From IMG/VR virus record IMGVR_UViG_3300006990_000020, positions 1 through 64,000 of that record: a stretch of DNA of 64,000 bases; one strand, written 5' to 3'. Below, piece by piece: positions 30,601-41,072 of this stretch (the stretch's first letter is position 1; every line of letters starts with the position of its first letter). The notes beneath the pieces were generated by a model. The model saw only the letters and a list, made by a program, of their open reading frames with translations. It was not told the origin of the DNA and did not search any database. The DNA comes from a virus. A program made the position numbers and the translations under genes.

Positions 30601-33600
30601 TCATTTGTTCCTTGAAAAAACTCTGACTGCATTGTCTCTATTAAACATGTTAGAAGAGCCCACAAAGATATCTTCTCTAATATCAGAATTATCCCAGTAA
30701 GTCGTATTAAGATATCTTGTATCATATCTAGAATAATCTAAGTTTCTATCGACAACAGAAAATCTACTGTCGCTGTTTTTGTAAGTATATTTAGGTCTTT
30801 CAGCTATATGAGATTCATATACAAAGTTAAACCCATTATAGTGAACCTTACTTGGTATTGCATCATCAAGAATTCCTTCAAGTATGTTGTCAAAGTATTT
30901 ATAGATTTGGTAAAGTTGTCTTATGTTTATTTCGCTTTCAAGTTTGTTAAAAAATACTGATTTTAACTCTTCTAAACTTTGATATCTGTCTTCATAAAGA
31001 GAAGAACGGTTACTTAAAGTTTTTGTAAAAAAGTCATTGACTTGAATCATTTTTGACATTTCGTTGTTAATAAAGTTACTTATTGAAAAGTCAATTGTAA
31101 ATCTTACATCTTCGAAATCCACAAACCTGCTCTCAGTAGAAAAATCCGGACTTTTGTTAACAATACCATGTTCAGTTATTAATTCTTCTGATTCAAATGA
31201 ATTAATATTAACTCTAGAATAGTTTTCTGGAAAATCAACGCTACTAGCTTGTCTCAGATTGACATAGTCAAAACTATTTATTGGACTAGAATTTTGTAAA
31301 TCGTCAGGTATGTGGAGATATAGCACGTTATTGTCTTTATTGATTTTAGATGTGTCATTAATCAATGTTATTTTATCACCATTAACAATCTCGGGCAAAT
31401 TATTGATTACTGTGTTAAATCTTTCTTTTAAATTAATATTATATAACAAGTCGTTATTGGAATTAAAAGGACTTGGGTTCATGTTGTCGTTTTTTAAACC
31501 ATAACAAAAAAGATCAGTTTTGTGAATTTTAATATCTTGATCTGAAAGATGTTTTTTCCAGACCCTAACTCCCGCAAGATGACAAGCGTTTTCAACTACA
31601 TAACTCATATTGGCATATTGATTCGCAGATATAGGATATATACTTTGCTGCCCTATTTTTAGCTTAATAACATTTAGTGAACTCGATGGCACCTTGTTAG
31701 GAATATTTACTACTAAACTCTTTTTTTGAGACTCACAGTTTTTAGACCCGAAGTCCATCCCAGATATAATAAGATCGTAAACAGAGTAGTTGTCTGTTTT
31801 TTTCTTTTTGTTAACACATATATATACCAGTTTTCCAGTTAAAATATCAACGTCATTTAATTCTAGTACTTTTATTTGACTATTGATATTTGTTTCGTTA
31901 ACATATAACGAAAGCTTTCCTTTTGGTGAGTTGCTATTATTTGTATTTTTCTTAAAAACTAGATTAATAAGTGGATGAACATCAACAGTCGACTCATCTC
32001 CTGCGTCTAGTCTAAATAAAGACTGTTCATTAGGTAACGAAGAAATATCGTCCTTGTTAAACTTTAAAAAAGCTTCTATAGAAAAATCTTTATCGAATGC
32101 TCCTAAGTCTGTAGGCTGAAAGTTTATTCTGTTAGAATTCAGCAAAACTCTATTTATTGGAAGGCCGGTGTCGTCATACGTAGCAATTAAATTAGAAATA
32201 TAAGCATCAAAGAAGTTTACAAACTTGACATTTTCAACGCTTCTCACGAAACCTTCTGATATGTTTAACTTGTTTTGAGAATTAAATTCTCTAAATCTGA
32301 TGAAAGTATCAGATTCAAGTCCGAAAGAATTAAACACAGACTTTAGACCCTTTATAGTTCCTTTGCTTCTAACAAAGTCTTGTGAGTTAATTAAAAATCT
32401 TTTCCATAAATTATTTTGAATCTGCCTTATAGACGTAGGACTAAACATTTTGTCATAAGTAAGATTTTTATTGTCTAGTTTTTCAATTATCGGACTTGGA
32501 AATATCTCCTTAAAATCTATACCGATCTGCTTAAGGGCATAAGGTAATATGACGCCAGCATGATTCGAGTTCTCATTAAGATCATCATAGTCAATTTTAA
32601 GTATTTTAACAATATGATCAACATAACACTTAAGCCCATCAAAAAACCTAGACCATATTGAAAGTAAATTAAAAATTGTTGAATTGTTAGGCTTTGTTAT
32701 TCCCATTAATTCAATTTCATTTCCTTTGATTTGAATTGACTCTTTTGATGCATATATGTCTGGTAAACCATCAAAGTCTGACCCATCAACAAATATATAT
32801 TTTGGAAATAATTTGAAGAATGAGTTTGGGTTTTCTTTGTCATATTCTTCAGCTGCTAATAGTATTTGATTTTGTTGATCTTTAATAGAAGAATAATTTA
32901 AAAATATCACAGGTGCATAGTCTTCTTTTTCATAAATGACAGGGGTTTTGATCTCTATATTGTTATAAGAAAATTTTGTTCTAAAACTACTTGACACAGA
33001 AGATTCTGGGTAAAGACTGTTATCAGAGTTTTTTCTTATAAGTCCATGTACTCTATTTCCACTGCTATCGAGTGTTATATGATTATTTGTAAAAGCACCA
33101 CTTGGTTCATTAAACTTGTAATATACTTGAAGACTTCCTCTTGCATGTATTTCTTTTTGACTTTCGTCATAGATGTCATTTATTGTTCTATTTCCTATGA
33201 AAAATCTAAATTCGTCTAAGGCACCCTTGAGCCCAGAAGTTTTACCCGTATCAAGCGTTCCACCTGCGGCGTATAAATGACTAGCTCCATTTCCTATATT
33301 AACATTAGACGTCAAGACAGACTGTTCGAACTTTGAGTTACTTGATATTGACCCTTCGCTTGTAGCTTGAACCTTTAAACCATTTTTATATATTCTAATG
33401 AGTCTCTTGCCTTTTAACGACAAAACTGAAGTGTTTATGTGAACAAACTCATTAACAGGTATCGTTGCATAACATTTTTGATATTCGTTTTCATGGTTAA
33501 TTAAAATGTTTAATTGACATGTATTAGTTGTATCATTAAAGTTATTTAGAAATATTGTGATTCCTTTGTTTTCACTCTTTTTTTGAAAAACTATTTGCAC

Positions 33601-34179
33601 AGCGTTTTCTGTAGTATCAGTATCAACCCATAGCCAAAAATCAAACGAGAACTTTCTTTTATTAAAGTCGAAAAGCCCTTGTTTCTTTTGCCCTTTAAAG
33701 TCATCTAAAATATTTCCAGTCTTGTCTATTACAAAAACTTCGTTATCACCATTAAATCTAAGGTAATTTAAAGATTTCGGCACTTTATTGTCAAGAATAT
33801 ATTTCGTAAATCCATCTAATGATTTGTAATACTGGAAGAATTCATATTCAGACTTGTCATAAGGAAACTCATTGAAGATCTTTTCATATGCATAATGAAC
33901 TTTGCTTACTGCAGAGTCAAAAAATACATGGTTTTCAAACTTTGAAAAGTCTAGGTCTTCAAGTTGCTGTGTTGAGAAAAAGCCATCATAGCCGTCTAGT
34001 CTTCCAAAAAATTCATTAATATTTTGTGAATTAACTTCGTCGCTAGTTTTTACAGTATGCTTTGACTTTCTATTTCTTTCAACAGAACTGTTTTGAATTG
34101 TTCTGTTGTACGAGGTTTTTTTAAGTTTTGCATCGTTTCTTAAAACTTTTTCAAGGGATGCTGATCCAGGTGGTGCCAT
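30601..34179 (-). CDS. Baseplate wedge-associated protein (P2 gpI-like motif) with two LamG-like domains
   Basis: RSKGTIKGLKSVFNSFG (gpI-type KGT motif); LamG-like FSFDFWL, GALDEFRFF, YYKFNE and FSIEAFLKF, LAGVRVWKKHLS. Confidence 0.65.
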   Translation of the reverse strand: MAPPGSASLEKVLRNDAKLKKTSYNRTIQNSSVERNRKSKHTVKTSDEVNSQNINEFFGRLDGYDGFFSTQQLEDLDFSKFENHVFFDSAVSKVHYAYEKIFNEFPYDKSEYEFFQYYKSLDGFTKYILDNKVPKSLNYLRFNGDNEVFVIDKTGNILDDFKGQKKQGLFDFNKRKFSFDFWLWVDTDTTENAVQIVFQKKSENKGITIFLNNFNDTTNTCQLNILINHENEYQKCYATIPVNEFVHINTSVLSLKGKRLIRIYKNGLKVQATSEGSISSNSKFEQSVLTSNVNIGNGASHLYAAGGTLDTGKTSGLKGALDEFRFFIGNRTINDIYDESQKEIHARGSLQVYYKFNEPSGAFTNNHITLDSSGNRVHGLIRKNSDNSLYPESSVSSSFRTKFSYNNIEIKTPVIYEKEDYAPVIFLNYSSIKDQQNQILLAAEEYDKENPNSFFKLFPKYIFVDGSDFDGLPDIYASKESIQIKGNEIELMGITKPNNSTIFNLLSIWSRFFDGLKCYVDHIVKILKIDYDDLNENSNHAGVILPYALKQIGIDFKEIFPSPIIEKLDNKNLTYDKMFSPTSIRQIQNNLWKRFLINSQDFVRSKGTIKGLKSVFNSFGLESDTFIRFREFNSQNKLNISEGFVRSVENVKFVNFFDAYISNLIATYDDTGLPINRVLLNSNRINFQPTDLGAFDKDFSIEAFLKFNKDDISSLPNEQSLFRLDAGDESTVDVHPLINLVFKKNTNNSNSPKGKLSLYVNETNINSQIKVLELNDVDILTGKLVYICVNKKKKTDNYSVYDLIISGMDFGSKNCESQKKSLVVNIPNKVPSSSLNVIKLKIGQQSIYPISANQYANMSYVVENACHLAGVRVWKKHLSDQDIKIHKTDLFCYGLKNDNMNPSPFNSNNDLLYNINLKERFNTVINNLPEIVNGDKITLINDTSKINKDNNVLYLHIPDDLQNSSPINSFDYVNLRQASSVDFPENYSRVNINSFESEELITEHGIVNKSPDFSTESRFVDFEDVRFTIDFSISNFINNEMSKMIQVNDFFTKTLSNRSSLYEDRYQSLEELKSVFFNKLESEINIRQLYQIYKYFDNILEGILDDAIPSKVHYNGFNFVYESHIAERPKYTYKNSDSRFSVVDRNLDYSRYDTRYLNTTYWDNSDIREDIFVGSSNMFNRDNAVRVFSRNK

Positions 34180-36356
34180 TATTTAAACCTCACAATCAAC
34201 TTTCTATCTTCGATTTTCTTTTTAAGGCCTGTTAAGGGATCTGTATACTCAAATACAAATCCTACACGGAGTCCTTTATATATTTTTGATGCATGTAAGT
34301 TCGCTATATAAAATTTACCATTAAAAAACATTGAAGTATCGTCAAAAGATGCATCGTTTTCTAATAAAGTTTTTCCTGTATCGACATCATACATTTTATA
34401 ACTTATCATACCCAAATCTTCAGATACTAAGTCAAAAGGTACCTTGATAGATTTGTATTGTCTTGCCATGTCAATAAAACTAAACTTTAAAGTTTTTATA
34501 GCATCATCAGCACTAATTTCTTTTTGCTGTGTATCTAAAACAACCCTGAGCTTCTTAAACAAGTCCTCTTCTGAAGTTTCAGGCAAATGAAAATCTACTT
34601 TTTCATTTTTAAGAAGATATTTTTTTCCACCATTTGCAACATAGTATTTAAAGTCGATTTCAACTTTACTATTTTTCTCTAAATCACTTTGAAACTTACT
34701 GCTGCTATTAAATCTACTTATTGTAGACAATGTGGCACCGTTTGGACCAGGAACAGTAAATTTCTTAATTCCTGATAGTGTGCTTCCCTTATAGTCACTT
34801 ACTGTAGTTGATGATATTGTTGCAGCAAAAATATTAAAATTGGTCTTGTTTTCTTTTAAAATAATTGAGTTGTTGGCATCAACATTTTTAACTACAAAAC
34901 TTTCCTGTGTTAAAGTCGGTTCAGAATGTGATATTTTAATCTCTTTTTTAATGTTATCAACACTTGAGTTAACGTTAAAGTCAGCAGTTGAAATTAGTGT
35001 AGAAAGACTGTCAAGTGATGTTGTTCCTGAAGTTAGCGTAAAACTAGAAATATTGACAACTCTCGCTGCGTCAACTACATTGTCGATTGTCGATCCGTTA
35101 GTGTTAAATCCAAATGTTGTTAGTGTACCTGAAGTGTTAGTGATTGATAAGTAATCACCTGCTGCAGGTGTTCTTAGAAGTCTCAAAACCGTTTCACTTA
35201 TTGTTTCGTCCTCGTATCTCATCTGCAGATGAGTATCCTCTCCAGGAAAAGAAGTCAACTTTTTATTAATAAGATTTGTTACGTAAAAGTCTTCTTTGAC
35301 ATCTAAGAACCTTTTTTTGTTATCAAAATTAACAATTTCAAAATTTTCATCTTTTGTCTTAACTTGAAGTTTTGGTCTGTTAAACATATAAGACAGATTT
35401 CTGCTTCCTAGTCTTTTTAAGAAATAAGTGTTTTCATCAAACAAATTGTCATAAGCTATTTCTATGACAAATGTTTGTGTCTTATTTTCTGGAGCTGGCG
35501 CGGATAAGAAGTGTTCGACATAACTTGTTATATCAAAAACTACATCTTCATTACCTTTAACTACTGTGAATGTAGACTCATATGTGGACCCAGCATACAC
35601 TTCAGCGTCTGTTACAAACCCCGGAACACTCCAGTTTTTGCTTTTGTTAATTGTCTCAAAGCTAGCGCCTCCTTTGTCTGAAAAGTGCAGGGTGTCCCTG
35701 CCAATGCCTTCGTCAAAGTCATAATTAAGAGGTCTAATTCTTAAAGTATAGTCTTTGCTCGAAGTTGCAGCTGCACCGACATCTGATAGTGTAATAAAAG
35801 TTTTATATTGATCGGTATTAAATATAGATTCTTCTTTGTCCGAAATGTGATCGTCTAGTATACTTGCTAAATCAAAATTAATCAAAACTGCTGAATGTTC
35901 AAACCTTTTAAAACTCTTTATACTAATCGATGCTTGTCCTTCTGGAACAGTGATTATAGTGTCGCCAGAAGCTCCAGGATTGTCCTGTATTAATAAGATT
36001 TCTGTACTGCTTAGTTTATATGCGCTAATAGCAAAGCCAACAACGTTGTTTATTTCTGTGATCAAACTATCAAAAGAAATAAATCTTGTATTTTGGCCAT
36101 TAAAGTCTGCCTGTAGACCAGTATCATATTCAAATGTTTTAGAAACTCCTAGTGAATCAATAATTGTCACAGTATTTCCGTCTGTAAGATTACTCACTAT
36201 GAGTAGTGCTCTAGACTTTACATTTTTGTTTTCTTGATATATCTTAAAAAGATCAAGTGTCGATGCTTGACCAAAGTTTGCTGAAACGCCTTGATTTAAT
36301 GACGTTGAAAGATCTGTTATAAACGTGTCTTTTTTTGCAATTTTAGTAATAATCAT
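34179..36356 (-). CDS. Baseplate-associated beta-sandwich protein (725 aa)
   Basis: AKKDTFIT...NFGQASTL...AVLINFDL...FDITSYV...RPKLQV pattern resembling DNRLRE-type domains; follows the wedge gene. Confidence 0.55.
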   Translation of the reverse strand: MIITKIAKKDTFITDLSTSLNQGVSANFGQASTLDLFKIYQENKNVKSRALLIVSNLTDGNTVTIIDSLGVSKTFEYDTGLQADFNGQNTRFISFDSLITEINNVVGFAISAYKLSSTEILLIQDNPGASGDTIITVPEGQASISIKSFKRFEHSAVLINFDLASILDDHISDKEESIFNTDQYKTFITLSDVGAAATSSKDYTLRIRPLNYDFDEGIGRDTLHFSDKGGASFETINKSKNWSVPGFVTDAEVYAGSTYESTFTVVKGNEDVVFDITSYVEHFLSAPAPENKTQTFVIEIAYDNLFDENTYFLKRLGSRNLSYMFNRPKLQVKTKDENFEIVNFDNKKRFLDVKEDFYVTNLINKKLTSFPGEDTHLQMRYEDETISETVLRLLRTPAAGDYLSITNTSGTLTTFGFNTNGSTIDNVVDAARVVNISSFTLTSGTTSLDSLSTLISTADFNVNSSVDNIKKEIKISHSEPTLTQESFVVKNVDANNSIILKENKTNFNIFAATISSTTVSDYKGSTLSGIKKFTVPGPNGATLSTISRFNSSSKFQSDLEKNSKVEIDFKYYVANGGKKYLLKNEKVDFHLPETSEEDLFKKLRVVLDTQQKEISADDAIKTLKFSFIDMARQYKSIKVPFDLVSEDLGMISYKMYDVDTGKTLLENDASFDDTSMFFNGKFYIANLHASKIYKGLRVGFVFEYTDPLTGLKKKIEDRKLIVRFK

Positions 36357-36360
36357 TTAA

Positions 36361-38235
36361 TCATCCGTTCCTAACAACAATGTCAAAGTCTAAATGTTTA
36401 AGTTCAAATATTCCACCTCTATTGGGAAATATAAATCCGTCTTGAAACTGTTGTTGTGGAGAAAAAGAGTTTCTTGCATATTCAATATCAATTTCTTCTT
36501 CATCATCAAAAAAGTCGTCTTGAAAATTCTTAGACGTTATAAAATTTTCAGGCAAAGTAACAATACTAGAAACCCCAGGAGTATTCAGTACTATATTAAC
36601 AATATCATTGACATTAATTGCCTCGTTTATCTGGAGTATTTCAAATCTCATATTTTGTACTATTCTAGAAATTACATTGTCAAGTACTTCTTCGACAGTA
36701 TAGTTTGACTTGATTTTCAATGTTAAGTCAATACCAAAGTTAAAAATTGGTGCATCTATAATATTGAAACTATCACCTAAAACTCTATGTTCATCAATGT
36801 AATTTTTCAAGTTAATCTTTAATGCATCGTTTGCATAGACATATTGTCCTTCTTGGTTTCGACATATGACAAAAATATCTTTAGCAAGGTTTGTATACTC
36901 ATTATTTAAGACAGCAACTTTGTGAACTTTTCCAAAGTCCGAAGGCATTGTATAAATTCTTGATATTAAATCTTTCTGGTTGACAATTCTGTTTTGCATC
37001 GTAATTGCATTTGGGATTTGATTTCTCATCTCTTCTAAAGATAAACTATTAGATCCACCCACAGCTTCTTCTTCATTTAATGCATCTAAAGACTCTAAGA
37101 TTTGATCTGTAATTTCTTCCAAAGACTGTCCTGATGGCGGACTCTCTATGTTATAATAAGGAAAAACTATTATAGGCCTGACAATAGTTTCTATAGATTC
37201 TTCTGGAACATTATGATTAACACCACCACCATGAACATACTTTACTGTGACGGTTTTGCCTGCAGGTGAAACGCCTAGAGAGTTAGAAGTTAAAAGTGCG
37301 CCTGGATCAATTGAAATACTGTTGTCATAATCTCTATGTTTTAAAGGCAAAATAAAATCTTCAGGATTCGTTAGTAAGTTATCTTCTATAGTTTTACCTC
37401 TACCATTTCCAAATCTAATTGCTGAGGTGTTGTTTAAAAAGTTTCTTTCAACCGTATATCTGAATGGTGCAACAGTTGGATAGAAATATTTTTCTTTGGC
37501 ATTTTCAACTTTTAAATAAACTGTGCTCTGGCTCAAAAAGTCTACTTCATAGTATTCATTTAAGTCGTTGTCTAATATGCTAGTAATTTTTTGTATATTA
37601 GGGTTTTGTAAATTATAGCTTAAAAACAAATCTTGATCGTCTGATGGGAAAGACACAGTCTCAGTTGCAAAGTCTCCGCTTGTACAAAGGCCCTTCTTTT
37701 TAAGGATTAATGTTTGAGGGGAACCATCATCATCAACTTCTGCAACCTCCTTTTCGTATCCAAAACCAAAATCAACATCTTCAGCGAGAATAAAGTTTAT
37801 TCCACTAACTGATGTCAAGACCGTGCCAGCTTTAACAATAGGCAGTTGATATTCTAAAGGTTGCAAAGCGTTAAGTGGAGCTGCGTCGTCAATATCAACT
37901 TCAACAAAAAAGCTAACATTGACACTTGACGCTGTTGCGCCACCACCTTTTATTCCAGCACGTCTCAAGTGACTAATTATATTCTCAGAATTAACTGAGT
38001 TTTCATAGTTTAATTCGTTCATTTGCTGGTCAACGTAATAAGTTAAAGAGTCACCAACAATTGAAGCAAAATCAAGAAGCATTCCACCTAAAGAACTTTC
38101 AGAAAAGTCCTGTATTTGATTTGAAAAGTTTGAGCGAGCATAATTTAATAACTCACCTCTAAACTCATCAAAGGTTTTATTGATATATTGATCTTTTCTT
38201 TGGTTTTTAAGCTTTTTTGTTATATTAGCTGACAT
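36361..38235 (-). CDS. Baseplate wedge protein (T4 gp6 / P2 gpJ-like)
   Basis: YINKTFDEFRGELLNYA, DFSESSLGGMLLDFASIVGDSLTYYVD, IRFGNG, AVGGS, QNRIVNQKD. Confidence 0.85.
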   Translation of the reverse strand: MSANITKKLKNQRKDQYINKTFDEFRGELLNYARSNFSNQIQDFSESSLGGMLLDFASIVGDSLTYYVDQQMNELNYENSVNSENIISHLRRAGIKGGGATASSVNVSFFVEVDIDDAAPLNALQPLEYQLPIVKAGTVLTSVSGINFILAEDVDFGFGYEKEVAEVDDDGSPQTLILKKKGLCTSGDFATETVSFPSDDQDLFLSYNLQNPNIQKITSILDNDLNEYYEVDFLSQSTVYLKVENAKEKYFYPTVAPFRYTVERNFLNNTSAIRFGNGRGKTIEDNLLTNPEDFILPLKHRDYDNSISIDPGALLTSNSLGVSPAGKTVTVKYVHGGGVNHNVPEESIETIVRPIIVFPYYNIESPPSGQSLEEITDQILESLDALNEEEAVGGSNSLSLEEMRNQIPNAITMQNRIVNQKDLISRIYTMPSDFGKVHKVAVLNNEYTNLAKDIFVICRNQEGQYVYANDALKINLKNYIDEHRVLGDSFNIIDAPIFNFGIDLTLKIKSNYTVEEVLDNVISRIVQNMRFEILQINEAINVNDIVNIVLNTPGVSSIVTLPENFITSKNFQDDFFDDEEEIDIEYARNSFSPQQQFQDGFIFPNRGGIFELKHLDFDIVVRNG

Positions 38236-38729
38236 TAAGCGGACCTCCTAATTGTCAATTCTATGCTATTAGTTTCATTTTCAAAGCCTTCTATTGAATA
38301 TCTTATAACTACTTTGAAAAAGTCAGCACTGTCTTCTTCGTTGTTTGTTATGTTTTTGCTTTCAAAATCTAATAGTTGTATGAAAGGAAAATATTTCCTT
38401 ACACTGATACTTACTTCTTCCATAACTATGCTTTCAATTTGTTCGACAGTCAAATCAGTTCTATTATAAATAGAAGATATACTTGTTCCAAAATCAGGCT
38501 TGCATAAAAGTTCTCCTTTTTTTGTTAATAAAAAAGTTTTGAAATTATTTGAAACTTGACTCTTAATGTTTTTATTCATTTTAAACAAAGTCTCGTTCGG
38601 AGAAAAGCTTTTCTCTAAAGGCATACGTATTCCAAGCGGAAGATCTTCTGAAGAATTGCTTTGTTCAATATTCTTCTTAATACTTTCTACTTCTTGAATG
38701 CTTTTGCCTGTATTTTTAAAAATAGTCAT
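38235..38729 (-). CDS. gp25-like baseplate wedge / sheath initiator
   Basis: LLTKKGELLCKPDFGTSI, a variant of the gp25 T-x-x-GER-x-x-x-P-x-FG motif; adjacent to the gp6-like gene. Confidence 0.85.
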   Translation of the reverse strand: MTIFKNTGKSIQEVESIKKNIEQSNSSEDLPLGIRMPLEKSFSPNETLFKMNKNIKSQVSNNFKTFLLTKKGELLCKPDFGTSISSIYNRTDLTVEQIESIVMEEVSISVRKYFPFIQLLDFESKNITNNEEDSADFFKVVIRYSIEGFENETNSIELTIRRSA

Positions 38730-38742
38730 AAATACCTCAATG

Positions 38743-38751
38743 CTAATTATT
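38743..38751 (-). promoter_or_regulatory. AATAATTAG candidate late-promoter motif
   Basis: In the 38-bp gap upstream of the gp25-like gene, before a GAGG SD. Confidence 0.5.
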
Positions 38752-38767
38752 TAATGAAGTATATTGC

Positions 38768-40672
38768 TTAGGATGTTTTGCTTATTTTACTTAAAATTTT
38801 ATCAATATTGTCTTCTATTTTTGACAGTCTTTGTGATAAATCTTGTTCTCTTTTCATTTGCGCTTGACTAATACTTCTCTCCAGTTCAGTCGTCGCAGAT
38901 ATGCTTTTAACTTCTATGTTTTTGACTGCTGTAGTTAGACTTAGATTCAAAGAAGTTAATAGTTCAATAATAATGCCGATACTAACTGCAGCAGTCCCAG
39001 CTCCTGCGATAGCTGCTGGACTCTGTGACGTTATTTTGCTTGAAATACTCGATAGCGCTAAAGTAAACTCATTTGAAATTGATTTGTTTATGTCTTTTCT
39101 AGTCGACAAGACGCTTTCTAGTAAAGTTTTAGTTACATGCATATCTTCCCTAGAAACGTCTAATATTTCTTGCAAATAAGATTTAAGTTGCTCACCCAAG
39201 ACAAGAGATTGCATTTCTTCGCTTTCACCTAATCTTATAAGCGATCCTTTGCCGTTTTTAAAAGTTCCTTTGCTTTTTTCTAAGTCGGAACTTCCGATAA
39301 ATATCCTATTTCCGTCTATTAATATATCGCCGTCTCTATTAATCCTAATTGCTGAAATGGTGTCTTTATTAGATTCTTTGTCATTATACTCTTTGATTAT
39401 TCCAATTTCTCCATCGCTTTTTCTACAAAGCAAAGAAATACTGCTTGATGTCATGTTGATATTTGGAATATCTTTATTAAGATTTTGATCTTCAACTATT
39501 TTTGAAAACTTTCCTAAATTAAATTTTTTCTGGTCATCTTTTAAGCTACTACTCACCTCAGTCTCTTCTAAGTCATGACTGTAAGCTGTAAGATTTAATT
39601 TTTTGTCCAGAAATTGGTTTGCATCATCATAAAAGTCATATGACTCTGTCAAAGTGAGTCGAGATGCATCCTCTATTACACTAGTAGCACCCTCAGAAAA
39701 GCTACTTTTATAATCTTTATCCTGTGTGCTATAGAATTCTGGGTGCTTTAATCTTTCTTCTTTATTGTCATATGCAACTACATTAGGTAATTTTTTACTC
39801 TTGAACTGCTTAACAATAAACTCCTTACCAACATGTTCTAAGCCTTTTTTGTCTATTAGCGTTCCTTTGATTTCTCTAAAATCATTTTTAACAAACTTAC
39901 CAATACCAGCTGATATTGTTACTTCACCTTGATTACTAACATTGCTATATTGACTATTACTAGAGTTAACAGAAGACAGTCTGATTAAAGTATTGTTTGA
40001 TCCTTGTATAATCGTATCCCCAGGTAGCTTAGTCACATGCGGGACAAATCTGTGTCTTCTGTTGTTTATGTAATTGTTTATATAAGAAAGTTCAATATCG
40101 TCTAACTCAAAAGTTTTTTCTGCAAAGGAAGTATAAGGCATAACCATTTTTGTTTCTAAAAACTCATTATGGCTTTTTTGATTTCTTTTTTTGTTTGCGC
40201 CTTTTACGTTTTTATTTTGTCTTTCCAGATCTTTTGAAAGTGTACTATTGATTATTCCAATCAAGCTATCTCTGTCGCCGTATGTATAATTAACATCTTC
40301 AGATGTTGAAAATGCATGAATTCTGCTTACCCAATAAGAGTTAATATCAAAACTAGAGTTAAAAAGGGTTGGGTCTTTTTCGTACTTATAAATCCACACA
40401 TACTCACCAACTTTTAGAGGCATTTTAAAGTGTGAAGAAAAGAATGGAAGGGATATAAAGTAGCTAGAGCTTTCTCCGTCTCTATGAACAATAGATTTAG
40501 AAAAAACAGTTTGATCTGGTAATATGCTTAAAAAGTCAACTAAGTTTTTAGACTTTTTACTGTCGTTAAAGAACTTAGTAGTTAGATCTAGCTTTGACAA
40601 CTCGCTATATACAGCATTACCATTACTTTTTTCACTATTTATAATATATAAACATCTTGACTTTATAAACAT
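38768..40672 (-). CDS. Putative baseplate hub/central spike protein (gp5/gpV-like position)
   Basis: OB-fold-like PFFSSHFKMPLKVGEYVWI; PGDTIIQGSNNTLIRL; beta-strand run IRINRDGDILIDGNRIFIG; LVLGEQLK; lies just upstream of gp25. Confidence 0.6.
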   Translation of the reverse strand: MFIKSRCLYIINSEKSNGNAVYSELSKLDLTTKFFNDSKKSKNLVDFLSILPDQTVFSKSIVHRDGESSSYFISLPFFSSHFKMPLKVGEYVWIYKYEKDPTLFNSSFDINSYWVSRIHAFSTSEDVNYTYGDRDSLIGIINSTLSKDLERQNKNVKGANKKRNQKSHNEFLETKMVMPYTSFAEKTFELDDIELSYINNYINNRRHRFVPHVTKLPGDTIIQGSNNTLIRLSSVNSSNSQYSNVSNQGEVTISAGIGKFVKNDFREIKGTLIDKKGLEHVGKEFIVKQFKSKKLPNVVAYDNKEERLKHPEFYSTQDKDYKSSFSEGATSVIEDASRLTLTESYDFYDDANQFLDKKLNLTAYSHDLEETEVSSSLKDDQKKFNLGKFSKIVEDQNLNKDIPNINMTSSSISLLCRKSDGEIGIIKEYNDKESNKDTISAIRINRDGDILIDGNRIFIGSSDLEKSKGTFKNGKGSLIRLGESEEMQSLVLGEQLKSYLQEILDVSREDMHVTKTLLESVLSTRKDINKSISNEFTLALSSISSKITSQSPAAIAGAGTAAVSIGIIIELLTSLNLSLTTAVKNIEVKSISATTELERSISQAQMKREQDLSQRLSKIEDNIDKILSKISKTS

Positions 40673-40693
40673 ATAGACATCACTTAATCTAAC

Positions 40694-41062
40694 TTAAACG
40701 TTAATTTTGTTAAAGATATCATCATCTGATATCTGTTCTGTTTTTTCTTCTTCTTTTGCAATCAGCTCAGCTAACTTAAGTATTTGATCGTTTGATTTGC
40801 TCATTCTCTCAATATACTTTGACATAATCGCACCAATATTCATGTGTTCGTTAATCCCACCTTGCATAGAAATATATGCATCATTGAACATCATTTTTGA
40901 CTTTTCTCTGTCCTCTAAAGCATTTTCATATATCTCTTTCCAGAGCATCTTTTTCTTGTCTTCTAGCGAGTCAATATTGTCAAGAATATCAGAAAAATTC
41001 TTTATTTGATTTTCTTTTTCATCATTTTTATCAATATTTTTTGATATTTTTTCAACATTCAT
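40694..41062 (-). CDS. Hypothetical helical protein (122 aa)
   Basis: Start re-assigned from 41146 to ATG 41062 (MNVEKISK; AAGGA SD); LWKEIYENALEDR, ERMSKSNDQILKLAELI. Confidence 0.7.
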   Translation of the reverse strand: MNVEKISKNIDKNDEKENQIKNFSDILDNIDSLEDKKKMLWKEIYENALEDREKSKMMFNDAYISMQGGINEHMNIGAIMSKYIERMSKSNDQILKLAELIAKEEEKTEQISDDDIFNKINV

Positions 41063-41072
41063 TTTCTTGTCC

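Noticed and set aside
36361-40672. Bacterial eCIS/T6SS/tailocin interpretation of the baseplate genes
   Set aside because: Portal, terminase and prohead protease in the same window indicate a true phage.
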